IMG/VR virus record: IMGVR_UViG_3300032330_002145
Coordinates: 1 to 64,000 of that record
Length of the DNA: 64,000 bases
DNA from: a virus
Taxonomy: Duplodnaviria; Caudoviricetes
Direction: 5' to 3' (one strand)
The position numbers were made by a program, and so were the translations under genes. Below, piece after piece: positions 19,148 to 28,997 of this stretch. The first letter of the stretch is position 1; each line of letters starts with the position of its first letter. Below the pieces are notes generated by a model. The model saw only the letters and a program-made list of their open reading frames with translations. It did not search any database and was not told the origin of the DNA.

Positions 19148-19882
19148 ATGAACTTAGAAATAATAAAACCTGGTCAAGTTGGGAAAGGAATTCTTATCGA
19201 GTACGATGCGGGATATATCAATCCAAAAGAGAACGGTAATGATAAAATAATTAAAGAATCTAAAAATTTTTTAGACCACTCAAAACCATTTGAATTTTAC
19301 GCAGTTTTACAAAAGTATGACACTCCGAATAGAAACGGTAGACTATACCCTGAAAAAATATTAAAAAGAGAAGCTGACAATTATAAAAAATTGATTGAGA
19401 AGGGAACATCCCTATCTGAATTAAATCACCCTGAATCGTCATTAATTGACTTAGATAGAGTTTCACACATCATCACTGAAGTATGGTGGGACGGAAAAGT
19501 ATTAATGGGTAAATTGAAATTGTTAACATCACCAGGATTCCACGAAAGAGGAATCTGTTCAACAAAAGGTGATTTGGCGGCTAACTACTTAAGACAAGGA
19601 GTTACTCTTGGTATATCTTCTCGTGGTGTAGGGTCATTGAAAAAAGTTGGTGAACAGAATGAAGTACAAGATGACTTTGAACTTATTTGTTTTGACCTTG
19701 TTTCTTCACCATCAACACCTGGAGCGTATTTGTTCTCAGAACCTAATGAAAGATTCAACTTTGAAGAAAACTTAGAAGAAGAAAACAAAATGAGAGCAGA
19801 AAGAACAACAGGTATGAGTGGAGATTCTATTGACAAACAAAAAGAACTGATGAAAAAATTGTCCGCATACCTTGATAGATAA
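19148..19882 (+). CDS. gp21: Prohead core protease (T4 gp21-like)
   Basis: PNRNGRLYP, ELNHPES, GISSRGVGSL, FDLVSSPSTPGA. Confidence 0.95.
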   Translation: MNLEIIKPGQVGKGILIEYDAGYINPKENGNDKIIKESKNFLDHSKPFEFYAVLQKYDTPNRNGRLYPEKILKREADNYKKLIEKGTSLSELNHPESSLIDLDRVSHIITEVWWDGKVLMGKLKLLTSPGFHERGICSTKGDLAANYLRQGVTLGISSRGVGSLKKVGEQNEVQDDFELICFDLVSSPSTPGAYLFSEPNERFNFEENLEEENKMRAERTTGMSGDSIDKQKELMKKLSAYLDR

Positions 19883-19914
19883 GTTTTATTTATTATATTT
19901 TTAAAAAAAAACTT

Positions 19915-20130
19915 ATGGAAATGGATGAAAAATATTTCGTAGCAAGAATTACAACTGATATTGTAGATTCAGAATCAGGTAAAGTAAAAAAACAAAAAGA
20001 AGAGAAGTTGGTTAGAGGTTACAACCCAACTGATGTGGAAGCAAAAGTAACCAAAATTTATGAGAGTTATTCACAAGATTGGAGAATAACATGCATTGTT
20101 GAAAGTAAAATTGATGAGGTGATAGAATAA
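19915..20130 (+). CDS. Small conserved hypothetical protein
   Basis: 71-aa ORF followed by a terminator. Confidence 0.7.
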   Translation: MEMDEKYFVARITTDIVDSESGKVKKQKEEKLVRGYNPTDVEAKVTKIYESYSQDWRITCIVESKIDEVIE

Positions 20131-20154
20131 TACAACAATTTTCAATAATACATC

Positions 20155-20179
20155 AAAGGAGGGTTTTCCCTCCTTTTTT
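20155..20179 (+). terminator. Intrinsic terminator
   Basis: aaaggaggg-tttt-ccctcctttttt. Confidence 0.8.
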
Positions 20180-20202
20180 GTTTTACCGAGTATTTATTTG
20201 AT

Positions 20203-21153
20203 ATGAAAATTTCAGTTTCAGAAACACAATACCAAGTAATATTAGAATATTTCAAGAAAAAAACTGACCCTGTTGCAGAACACATCCGTCAGATGTTACG
20301 TGCGATATATAAACCATTATCAAAATATGGTAAACTACCAAATCCTGATGGTAACTGTGACACTAACGAAGGTGTTATATATGTGTGGGAACATATTCCT
20401 GGTGTAGACCACTGGTCGGTCTTAAATCGTTTTGACACCAACACAAAAGTAAGAGATAAAATTAAAGAACTTTTTACATTACAAAATCCCGGAACAGAAA
20501 TAACAAATAATAATCTGATAGATTTTATTACAGATAATAAAGATGATTTGTTTAATGGGAAATATACCGAAGAACTTGTAAATCTTAATAGAGCAACAAT
20601 TGATAAAGGTAATCAGAATGAATTGTTTGGAATCAAAATCCTAACTGATTTTTTTGGTTCAGGTACAAACATTATGAGATTTTGTTCAGGTGATGTTAGA
20701 GATACAAAAAAAGGTATGGACCTTATGGTTGAAACAAATGGACAACAAATATTTGTTCAAGTTAAACCTTTCACAAAAGCAACAAGTTTTGTTGATAGAG
20801 ATGGTGACACTTTCTTTGAAATATCATCATACGGTTTTGACCACACAAAATATTCGGAAAAAAATGTTCAGGTATTTCTTTACGTGAACACAGAAACAAA
20901 TGAATATGTTGCCTTCTCAAACAAGAAAAGTAGAATCAAAAAAGAACAATCAAACATGACAAGATTCTACGAACCGTTCCTCATGACCAACATTCAATTC
21001 GAAGGAAAAACAAAAACAAAACAATATAGAAATAAACCATTAGAAGATGATTTATTTAAAATGGGTGAAAGAAGACTTCAAAATTTAGAATTTAGAAAGT
21101 CAGAAATTGATAAACTAATTGAATTAGAAAGACAAAAATTATCAAAAAAATAA
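20203..21153 (+). CDS. Putative PD-(D/E)XK-type nuclease with head-protein-like leader
   Basis: NELFG...GMDLMVETNGQQIFVQVKPF (E..D..QxK); N-terminus MKISVSETQYQVILE. Confidence 0.45.
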   Translation: MKISVSETQYQVILEYFKKKTDPVAEHIRQMLRAIYKPLSKYGKLPNPDGNCDTNEGVIYVWEHIPGVDHWSVLNRFDTNTKVRDKIKELFTLQNPGTEITNNNLIDFITDNKDDLFNGKYTEELVNLNRATIDKGNQNELFGIKILTDFFGSGTNIMRFCSGDVRDTKKGMDLMVETNGQQIFVQVKPFTKATSFVDRDGDTFFEISSYGFDHTKYSEKNVQVFLYVNTETNEYVAFSNKKSRIKKEQSNMTRFYEPFLMTNIQFEGKTKTKQYRNKPLEDDLFKMGERRLQNLEFRKSEIDKLIELERQKLSKK

Positions 21154-21235
21154 AAATTATTTTACCTCAATTACGTAAGAATTAATTTTTTTTTAAAATT
21201 AACAATATTTATATAAATAAAAATAACAACTAAAA

Positions 21236-22744
21236 ATGGCAAAAGAAAAATCTTTAGTAGAAGAAGCTATCCTTTCGATGAAAAATCTTGAGGAAGCGGT
21301 TGCTAACAACGCAAAAGAAATACTTGCTTCAACCATGAAGGAAGAAATTAAAGAATTAGTAAAAGAATCTCTATCTGAACAAGAAGAAGAAGAGATTGAC
21401 ACAGATGTTGATATGTCTGGCGATGAAGATGAAATGTCTATGGATATGGACATGGAAGATTCTGAAGAAGATATGGATACAGATAACGAAGTTGAAGACA
21501 TGGCGTCTCCAATTGACTTAAGAGGAAAATCTAACGACGAAATCATTCGTGTATTTCAGTTAATGGGTCCTGATGATAACATCATTGTTACAAAAGACGA
21601 TGCTGGTAATATCAACCTAAAAACTAATGAAGACGAATATATGATTGTTGGAGAATCTGAAGAAGATGAATGGAACAAAGAAGAAGATATGATGGAAACT
21701 TGGGATATGGATGAAGAAGAAATGGACATGGACTCAGAAGAGAATATGGATATGGATGATTCTGACGATTCTATTGAAGATATCATCAATTCTGTTTTCA
21801 ACGATGAAGAACCATCTGAAGAAGAAGATGATTATTTAGGTATCCCTGATGATATGCCGTCATACAAAACTAAATGGAGTATGCCATCTGAACCTAAAGA
21901 TGAAAAAAATGGTGAAATGTTCTATGAAATTGAAATGGACGAAGAAGATATGGAAGAGGGTGACGAAGTTATGTATGAAATCACTTTAGGTGACGATTCT
22001 GAACAATTTGAAGAAGAAGACCCTTATATGATGGAATCTAAAAAGGCTAAAACCCCTAAGACAGGTAAAGCGTCAAGTTTCAAATATAGTACAAAACCAA
22101 ATATGGACGGTGGATTCGAAGTACCAAAAAGAAAGAAAGCAAACACAACTATGGGTACAGGTTCAGCTAAAAAAGTTGACGTATACAAAGATGATGAGAC
22201 TCTTGATGGTAAGATGAAAATCGTTAAAGGTAAAAAAGCGGAAACAAAAGAAGCGTCACGTAGTTATGGTAACGGTTCTAAATCAGGTCGTGGTTTAAGA
22301 AAAGGAATCACTCCTAACAGAAATTTAGAATTCCCAATCAAAGAAAGCGTGTACGGTGAAGAAGTACAAGTACTTAGAGAGAAAAATGAAGAGTACAGAA
22401 AAGCACTTAACGTATTCAGAAACAAACTAAACGAAGTAGCTGTGTTTAATTCAAACCTAGCTTACGCAACTCGTTTGTTTACTGAACACTCAACATCTAA
22501 ACAAGAAAAAATTAACATCTTGAAAAGATTTGACGGTGTAGAGTCTCTTAAAGAATCTAAAAACTTGTACAAGACAATCAAAGATGAACTTTCAGTTAAA
22601 ACAAGTCAACCAATGAACGAATCAATTGAACGTAAAATTGAAAACGTTCAAAACACAGGTTCAGCAGTTAACTTGATTGAGTCTAAAACTTACGAGAATC
22701 CTCAATTTATGAGAATGAAAGATTTGATGTCAAAATTAAAATAA
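21236..22744 (+). CDS. Prohead core scaffolding protein (gp22-like)
   Basis: Very acidic, coiled-coil C-terminus (LNEVAVFNSNLAYATRLF...), immediately upstream of the capsid gene. Confidence 0.75.
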   Translation: MAKEKSLVEEAILSMKNLEEAVANNAKEILASTMKEEIKELVKESLSEQEEEEIDTDVDMSGDEDEMSMDMDMEDSEEDMDTDNEVEDMASPIDLRGKSNDEIIRVFQLMGPDDNIIVTKDDAGNINLKTNEDEYMIVGESEEDEWNKEEDMMETWDMDEEEMDMDSEENMDMDDSDDSIEDIINSVFNDEEPSEEEDDYLGIPDDMPSYKTKWSMPSEPKDEKNGEMFYEIEMDEEDMEEGDEVMYEITLGDDSEQFEEEDPYMMESKKAKTPKTGKASSFKYSTKPNMDGGFEVPKRKKANTTMGTGSAKKVDVYKDDETLDGKMKIVKGKKAETKEASRSYGNGSKSGRGLRKGITPNRNLEFPIKESVYGEEVQVLREKNEEYRKALNVFRNKLNEVAVFNSNLAYATRLFTEHSTSKQEKINILKRFDGVESLKESKNLYKTIKDELSVKTSQPMNESIERKIENVQNTGSAVNLIESKTYENPQFMRMKDLMSKLK

Positions 22745-22778
22745 AAAATAAACTAAAAAATAAAACAACCAAAAAAAA

Positions 22779-24623
22779 ATGGGAGCATTATTAGAATCAG
22801 GTCTTGTTGGTAACATCGGGTTAAAACACCTTAAAGTTATCAAAGAAGATACTATCAGCAAATGGGACAAATTAGGGTTCCTTGAAGGTCTTAAAGGCCA
22901 CCTAAAAGAAAATGTTGCACAATTGTATGAAAACCAAGCGTCACATTTGATTAACGAAGCTACGTCTGACGGGTCTTCAGGTTCTTTCGAAACTGTTGTA
23001 TTCCCAATCGTTAGACGTGTATTCTCTAAATTGTTAGCAAACGAAATCGTTTCTGTACAAGCTATGAACTTACCAATCGGTAAATTGTTCTACTTCGTAC
23101 CTAAGATTCAAGGATATTCAGGAGCTACTTATAACTCTTCAACTTTCCAAGGTGGTTCAGGTGAGCACTACGCTCCAATCGGTTCTCCAGGAAACTACAA
23201 GAGTGACCCACAAGCAGGTTACACAGGTGCTGGAGCATACGCTAAAAACCTTTACGATTTATTCTACGAAGGAAACGAAGCAGCTCTTGACCCTCCTGGA
23301 TTGTTTGACTACTCTAAAGGTCGTTGGGAAGCTATCACAGCTCAAACTACTGTTGTTAAATGGGTTAACGGTTTGTTATTACCCGCAGCTGCAAGTGATG
23401 ACGCTGATTACATCGGTAACAAGAGAAAAGTATTGTTGAGAATGTGTGGTTTTGCTAACACAGGTGTTGGTAAAATGATTGGTCCTGACGGTAACGAGTA
23501 TGACACAGAATCTTTCTTGTCTGACCTTATCGTTTACGCACAATCAGGATTGAAAGTTTCTGCAACATCTCCATGTTCAGTTTCTTCTGGTCCTCTATTG
23601 TTCAGAGTTGTAACTCAAAAATATGGTCAAGGAATTGTTACTCCTAACTACAACCAATCTCAAGCAGCTTTCGCTGGTTCAGGTAACGGTGGTTATTATA
23701 ACAACGTTTGTGACGTGAATGGTTGTATCTATCTTGAAGTAGACCTTTCTTGTCCAGCTTGTCCTACTTGTGGAGCTGACACTATCGACGGTTACACAGG
23801 AACTACTATCACTGGTATCACTTCAGGTACTTCTTTCGGAGCAGCGTTCAGACGTTACGAAGAATTAGAATTCGAAGACAAAATTGGTGAAGTTTCTTTC
23901 GACCTTCAATCTGTAACTGTTACTGTTACTGAAAGAAAGTTAAGAGCACAATGGTCTCCTGAATTAGCTCAAGACGTTGCGGCATTCCACAACATCGACG
24001 CTGAAGCTGAATTAACAGCATTATTGTCTGAACAAGTTGCAGCTGAAATTGACCGTGAAATCCTTCGTGATTTACGTAAAGGTGCGGCTTGGAACTTACG
24101 TTGGGACTACAACGGATGGAGAAGACTGTCAAACACAACTTCTTACACTCAGAAAGACTGGAACCAAACTTTGATTACAGCAATCAACCAATTATCTGCA
24201 CAAATCCACAAGTCAACTCTTCGTGGTGGAGCTAACTGGATTGTTGTTTCTTCTGAAGTTTCAGCTATCTTTGATGACTTAGAATACTTCCACGTATCTA
24301 ACGCATCTCCTGAGCAAGACCAATATAACATGGGTATTGAAAGAGTAGGTACTTTAGCTGGTCGTTACCAAGTTTATCGTGACCCATACTTCCCACCAAA
24401 CACTGTATTGGTTGGTCATAAAGGTACATCGTTACTTGACACTGGTTACATCTACGCACCGTATGTACCACTTCAATTAACTCCAACTATGTACAATCCG
24501 TTCAACTTCACACCTATCAAAGGTATCATGACACGTTACGCGAAGAAGATGGTGAACAATCGCTTCTACGGACGTATCACTGTTGATGGTGTTCGTACAT
24601 TCGATTTAAGAGAGTTGAGATAA
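22779..24623 (+). CDS. gp23: Major capsid protein (T4 gp23-like)
   Basis: PIVRRVF, VSVQAMNLPIGKLFY, RKLRAQWSPELAQD, EIDREIL, YAPYVPL, GIMTRYA; LINE/A maturation site. Confidence 0.97.
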   Translation: MGALLESGLVGNIGLKHLKVIKEDTISKWDKLGFLEGLKGHLKENVAQLYENQASHLINEATSDGSSGSFETVVFPIVRRVFSKLLANEIVSVQAMNLPIGKLFYFVPKIQGYSGATYNSSTFQGGSGEHYAPIGSPGNYKSDPQAGYTGAGAYAKNLYDLFYEGNEAALDPPGLFDYSKGRWEAITAQTTVVKWVNGLLLPAAASDDADYIGNKRKVLLRMCGFANTGVGKMIGPDGNEYDTESFLSDLIVYAQSGLKVSATSPCSVSSGPLLFRVVTQKYGQGIVTPNYNQSQAAFAGSGNGGYYNNVCDVNGCIYLEVDLSCPACPTCGADTIDGYTGTTITGITSGTSFGAAFRRYEELEFEDKIGEVSFDLQSVTVTVTERKLRAQWSPELAQDVAAFHNIDAEAELTALLSEQVAAEIDREILRDLRKGAAWNLRWDYNGWRRLSNTTSYTQKDWNQTLITAINQLSAQIHKSTLRGGANWIVVSSEVSAIFDDLEYFHVSNASPEQDQYNMGIERVGTLAGRYQVYRDPYFPPNTVLVGHKGTSLLDTGYIYAPYVPLQLTPTMYNPFNFTPIKGIMTRYAKKMVNNRFYGRITVDGVRTFDLRELR

Positions 24624-24644
24624 TCTAAATCTTAGATAATACAT

Positions 24645-24675
24645 AAAAAAGGTCAGAGAAATCTGACCTTTTTTT
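24645..24675 (+). terminator. Intrinsic terminator after the capsid gene
   Basis: aaaaaaggtcaga-gaaa-tctgaccttttttt. Confidence 0.85.
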
Positions 24676-24700
24676 ATTTTAATTATTATATTTGTATATT

Positions 24701-25381
24701 ATGAAGAAGTATATTCCAACTGATGAAGAACTATCTAATATATTAAGAATGTATAATGAGGAACTATTAGGTTCTCATACTATTTCATTAAAAACTGGTT
24801 TAAGTAAACCAACTATTTTAAGAATACTGAAAGAGAATAATGTGGTTATGTCCCAATCAGGGAGAAGATTTACAGGGGGTAAAAAGGTTGCTGATAAAAA
24901 ATGGAGAGATAGTAATAAAGATTATCTGTCTGACAAACATAAAACTTGGTCAGAAAAAAATCGTGAACATTTAAATACCTACCACAAGGAATGGAGGGAA
25001 AAAAACATAGACAAACATAGGGAGAATAAAAGAAACTACGAAAGAACTCGTAAGGATAATGACCCCATCTATAAGTTAATTTCAAATTTCAGGACTGCGA
25101 TATATCAGGTGTTGAAGGAGAATAATGTGGATAAGAACGGTCATTACTTTGAGGTTCTTAAGTACACACCTGAGGAATTAATCAATCATTTGGAGAAACA
25201 ATTTACTGATGGTATGACGTGGGATAACTATGGTCAATGGCATGTTGACCATGTGATACCTATTTCTGTTCATGATATACATGAGATTGGTGATGATGAG
25301 TTTATGAGATGTTGGTCATTGAGTAATTTACAACCTATGTGGGGTGATGAAAATATTCGTAAATCAAACAAAATTTTGTGA
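24701..25381 (+). mobile_element. Free-standing HNH homing endonuclease
   Basis: WHVDHVIPIS...LSNLQPMWGDENIRKSNK HNH core; N-terminal HTH; ATG at 24701 follows TATATTTG at 24687-24694. Confidence 0.85.
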
Positions 25382-25407
25382 TATTTATATGGATATAGAT
25401 ATTGCTT

Positions 25408-25830
25408 GTGAAAAGATTAATTGTTACTGAATCGGAAAAGAAAACTATTAAATCATTATATCTTAATGAGGAGGATACACCTGAAGAAAAATTAGGTAGA
25501 GCACAAGCTTGTGGTCATCAGTCGTGGGATGAGTATGTTAGTAAAAGTTTTTCTTGTGATACATCTAAGTTTGACCCGGCTAAGGGTGGATGGACATTCG
25601 TAGATAATAAGTTAGTTTATTTGCAACCTGAAGTAAAAGTTGATTCAAATAAAACTTCTGTAACACCTTCAACTACTACAAAGGGTTCGTTTTCTTATAC
25701 TAAAGAGGGTGAGGAGCTTCAGGATATTTTGATTAATACGTATAAGAAGAATATCAAGAAGGACGGTATGGTTGGTCCTGAAACTATAAATGCTTTATTG
25801 CAGATATTTGACCAATATAGAAAAAAATGA
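25408..25830 (+). CDS. Putative internal head protein with C-terminal peptidoglycan-binding-like domain
   Basis: Leader (V)KRLIVTESEKKTIKSLYLNEE; ELQDIL...DGMVGPETINAL; start taken as GTG at 25408. Confidence 0.55.
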   Translation: MKRLIVTESEKKTIKSLYLNEEDTPEEKLGRAQACGHQSWDEYVSKSFSCDTSKFDPAKGGWTFVDNKLVYLQPEVKVDSNKTSVTPSTTTKGSFSYTKEGEELQDILINTYKKNIKKDGMVGPETINALLQIFDQYRKK

Positions 25831-26303
25831 AAGATAAATCACATTTAGAAAACGTATCTGACAGGATTATTATTTTAATCTGTAAAGAAATTCTTAAGAA
25901 GACTGAAGAACATGATTTAGATGATAGAAAATTTATTAGGGTGTGTGATGAAGTTTCTGTTAAGTTATTTGGTGATACTATGAAACACATTGACATTGAT
26001 TACATGTCAAAAATTTTGGAAATAAATCCTGATATTTTGAGTAATGATAAGGATGTAAAACTTTTAAGACCTGAGTTTAATCTTTTTAAATTTGACTATA
26101 TTGAGAAACGAACAGAATGGAGGTTGAATACGTATACTCATGAGATGGGTACTTATCATGACGATATTGAACCTGTTGTTGATTTCATGTCAAGGGAGGG
26201 TGAATTTGACTATTGGGATTCAATAAGTAGGGATACTGATATTTTAGATGATGATGTTGATGATACGTATATTAATCGAAAAAGTATTGTAAAAATTAAT
26301 TAA
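25827..26303 (+). CDS. Hypothetical protein
   Basis: 158-aa ORF with ATGA overlap to the previous gene. Confidence 0.65.
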   Translation: MKDKSHLENVSDRIIILICKEILKKTEEHDLDDRKFIRVCDEVSVKLFGDTMKHIDIDYMSKILEINPDILSNDKDVKLLRPEFNLFKFDYIEKRTEWRLNTYTHEMGTYHDDIEPVVDFMSREGEFDYWDSISRDTDILDDDVDDTYINRKSIVKIN

Positions 26304-26360
26304 TATATTTAAAAACATTTAATTTTTACCATATTTATCAATGATAAATCCCTCTTCTTT

Positions 26361-26531
26361 ATGGTAAAAAAAGTTAAATTTCGCTTCTCTAATGATAAAA
26401 ATGTTTATGATTTGAACATGTCTGTTCCTGATTTTAAAAAGATTGATGAAAATGTTTCTGAGGTTCACGGTGAATATAGGGGGACTTACATTATTTTAAG
26501 TAAAAATGAGTATGAAAAAATTCTTAATTAA
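26361..26531 (+). CDS. Small hypothetical protein (56 aa, not in ORF track)
   Basis: MVKKVKFRFSNDKNVYDLNMSVPDFKKIDENVSEVHGEYRGTYIILSKNEYEKILN; TATTTAT upstream and hairpin/T-run downstream. Confidence 0.55.
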   Translation: MVKKVKFRFSNDKNVYDLNMSVPDFKKIDENVSEVHGEYRGTYIILSKNEYEKILN

Positions 26532-26599
26532 ATAAATTTTGGGGTTAATGACCTCAATTTTTTTTGATATGGGAGATATTTATTTAAAAACATAATTAA

Positions 26600-27445
26600 A
26601 TGGAAAATGTTAATGATTTATTAAAACGTCAACTTTTGTTGATGAAATTTGATTCGGGTGTTACCCTTAAAGAAAACTATGAAAAGGTTTCAGGAAAAAA
26701 TATTTTGACTGAGGGAGCTTTGGCCGATAAAGTTAAAAATATTGTGTCGGGTTGTTATACTAGAGACAATAATTTAGATAGAAAAAACGTCGACTCAAAT
26801 ATGCATAGAATAGTTGCTGACCTGTATAATGACGCAATTGAATATGAAATTGCTTATGTTCCGTCAACAGATTGTGATAAAATTAAACAGGCAAATGCGT
26901 ATATAAGAGAACAATTTACATATGCTGATTTATGTCAGATGATATTTACATATGATTCAGTACATCCAGGTGATGGTTTTTATGAAGATATTGATAATGA
27001 CACTCAAATGGATGATGAAGAGTGTGGATGGGGTGGAATTGCTAAAGCGTTTCAAGCGGCGGTAGATAAATCAGATAAAATATCAAAAGAAGCGACGGCT
27101 CCTGCACCCGCACCTGCTCCGGCACCTGTTGTAACAACTCCTGAAGAAGCTCCTAATGTTGATTCAGGTGATAAGTATATGATTCCTGGTGGTTTGGCTC
27201 ACACTCTTGAGTTTTTCAAAGAAACTTTCCCTTGTGTTTTTGCACAAAATAGAGTTAATACTAGACAAGTTTATAACAATGGAAAATATGATTATATTTT
27301 ACTTAACGCTCCGGATGGTGTGGTTATTCAAATGTATTTCGATGGATATTTAAGAGAACAAAAAACATTGGCCGATGTGACAAATAATGGTACTCCAGCT
27401 AAAATTGTTTGTAACGGAAATAAAATAACAATATCTAATAGATAA
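26600..27445 (+). CDS. Putative internal head protein
   Basis: Leader MENVNDLLKRQLLLMKFD...ILTEG; PAPAPAP linker. Confidence 0.6.
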   Translation: MENVNDLLKRQLLLMKFDSGVTLKENYEKVSGKNILTEGALADKVKNIVSGCYTRDNNLDRKNVDSNMHRIVADLYNDAIEYEIAYVPSTDCDKIKQANAYIREQFTYADLCQMIFTYDSVHPGDGFYEDIDNDTQMDDEECGWGGIAKAFQAAVDKSDKISKEATAPAPAPAPAPVVTTPEEAPNVDSGDKYMIPGGLAHTLEFFKETFPCVFAQNRVNTRQVYNNGKYDYILLNAPDGVVIQMYFDGYLREQKTLADVTNNGTPAKIVCNGNKITISNR

Positions 27446-27446
27446 T

Positions 27447-27818
27447 ATGAAAAATAGATTACATGAATATGATTTAAGTGGAGGAGAATGGAATTCCGGA
27501 GATGGTAATAATGGAAATAATGGTGGTAATGATTGGAACACCGGAGATGGTAATAATGGGGGAGACAAACCTCAAAACCCAAAACCAAAACCAAGACGAA
27601 AAGGAAGTAATAATACTGTTTGTATAAATAAAGTACAAAATTTATTAAAAGAGTTAAACCCGTCATTTAATGTGAGTGGGTCAATGGACGCAAATACTTT
27701 AATTGAAATAATGAATCAACTTAATGAGTTGGAAAAATCTTTAACAGTTACAAAAGACGAAGTTGCGGTAATTGAAAAACCTAAATTTTTACCATCTATT
27801 GATATTACTGAACTTTAA
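27447..27818 (+). CDS. Gly/Asn-rich protein with peptidoglycan-binding-like segment
   Basis: WNSGDGNNG/WNTGDGNNG repeat; KVQNLLKEL...VSGSMDANT. Confidence 0.5.
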   Translation: MKNRLHEYDLSGGEWNSGDGNNGNNGGNDWNTGDGNNGGDKPQNPKPKPRRKGSNNTVCINKVQNLLKELNPSFNVSGSMDANTLIEIMNQLNELEKSLTVTKDEVAVIEKPKFLPSIDITEL

Positions 27819-27830
27819 AAATTTAAAAAA

Positions 27831-28616
27831 ATGGGATATAACTTTATATTATCGGAAAGTGAAAAAAGAGAAATTCTTAACAAACATAATTCATATAAGA
27901 ATTTTTTGAATGAACAAGTGGTAACTCCAAGTATTATGGATATACAACTTAAACTCATAAAACTTGGATTTGCTGAATTATTAGGTCCGACTAAGGCTGA
28001 TGGTAAATTTGGTAAGTATACTTGTGGAGCTATTTTAAGTGCATTAACATCGTTAAAACAAAAACGAGGTGTTGTTACAGGTGGTAATACAAATAATAAT
28101 ATGGAAAATATGCCAACAATTATTAGAGATTGTATTTCACCTACGGATACGTCTGTATCTCTTGATACTTTTGGTACTAGTTTCATATTAAAAACCAATG
28201 GTACTGTTTCACCTGAAAATAGACAACTTTTATTTTTACCTGGTCAAACTCAGTTAAAAAATGGTCAAAGGACACTACTTTCACCATTTTGTAAGATTGA
28301 TATTGTTGACACAGATTGTACATCAAAGATGAGACAAGAAGACCCTTCAAATGTTGGGGGAGGTACTTCTGTAAGTTTGGAAGGTAATATTAAATTAATT
28401 AATCTCGGAGAGATAAAATCAACAATTAAAACTGGACATTCAATAAATATTGAAGTAGGTGGGTCAGTTTTTTGTACCGCAACAATGAAAAAGTCGGGTA
28501 ATATGGAAAATATGCCAAAAATAAAATCAGGAAATGATGGAACCCCTAAAGAAGGTGACGGTAGAATCCCTGGAAAAATTTATCCGATGGGTAACGATGG
28601 TCTTGATGTTTCTTAA
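27831..28616 (+). CDS. Putative internal head protein with peptidoglycan-binding domain
   Basis: Leader FILSESEKREILNKH..FLNEQ; IQLKLIKLGF...ADGKFGKYT..AI. Confidence 0.6.
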   Translation: MGYNFILSESEKREILNKHNSYKNFLNEQVVTPSIMDIQLKLIKLGFAELLGPTKADGKFGKYTCGAILSALTSLKQKRGVVTGGNTNNNMENMPTIIRDCISPTDTSVSLDTFGTSFILKTNGTVSPENRQLLFLPGQTQLKNGQRTLLSPFCKIDIVDTDCTSKMRQEDPSNVGGGTSVSLEGNIKLINLGEIKSTIKTGHSINIEVGGSVFCTATMKKSGNMENMPKIKSGNDGTPKEGDGRIPGKIYPMGNDGLDVS

Positions 28617-28997
28617 TTATAACAAGGATTCGATTAACTTACTTGCGGTAGAATAATTTGTTGCAAGTGGTATATCATGAACGTTACAAATTCTTAATAA
28701 CATACTAACATCCACTTGATGTGGATGAACTTCTAAAGGGTCGATAAAGAAAATAACCATATCGACCCTTTTTTCTGTTATTAAAGATGCTATTTGGGCA
28801 TCACCACCCATTGGACCACTTAACATCCTTTGAACCTTCTGTAATCCCGCATGTATCAGGTGTTTACCTGTTGTACCTGTTGCAATTACTTCAACGTTCT
28901 CTGATGTAAAGAAATCAAGTCGTTTCATGACGAATGAGACCATATCGGCCTTCTTTCCATCATGAGATATCAGAGCTATCTTTATCTTGTCCTGCAT
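28617..28997 (-). CDS. mgsA: Methylglyoxal synthase
   Basis: IALISHDGKK, ATGTTG, SGPMGGDAQI, FFIDPL..HPH..DV..LLRIC..HDIPLATN. Confidence 0.93.
   Translation of the reverse strand: MQDKIKIALISHDGKKADMVSFVMKRLDFFTSENVEVIATGTTGKHLIHAGLQKVQRMLSGPMGGDAQIASLITEKRVDMVIFFIDPLEVHPHQVDVSMLLRICNVHDIPLATNYSTASKLIESLL

Noticed and set aside
12981-24623. Inteins in terminase, portal or capsid genes
   Set aside because: No C/S...HN splice motifs or LAGLIDADG blocks seen; terminase and portal lengths are ordinary.
26600-27100. Annexin-like repeat in the 281-aa protein
   Set aside because: Only a vague helical resemblance; the GxGTDE signature is absent.
7928-27570. Short tandem repeats as CRISPR or VNTR phase-variation elements
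   Set aside because: All are in-frame coding linkers (KTPETI, PA, TP, GN); there are no constant repeats with unique spacers anywhere in the window.
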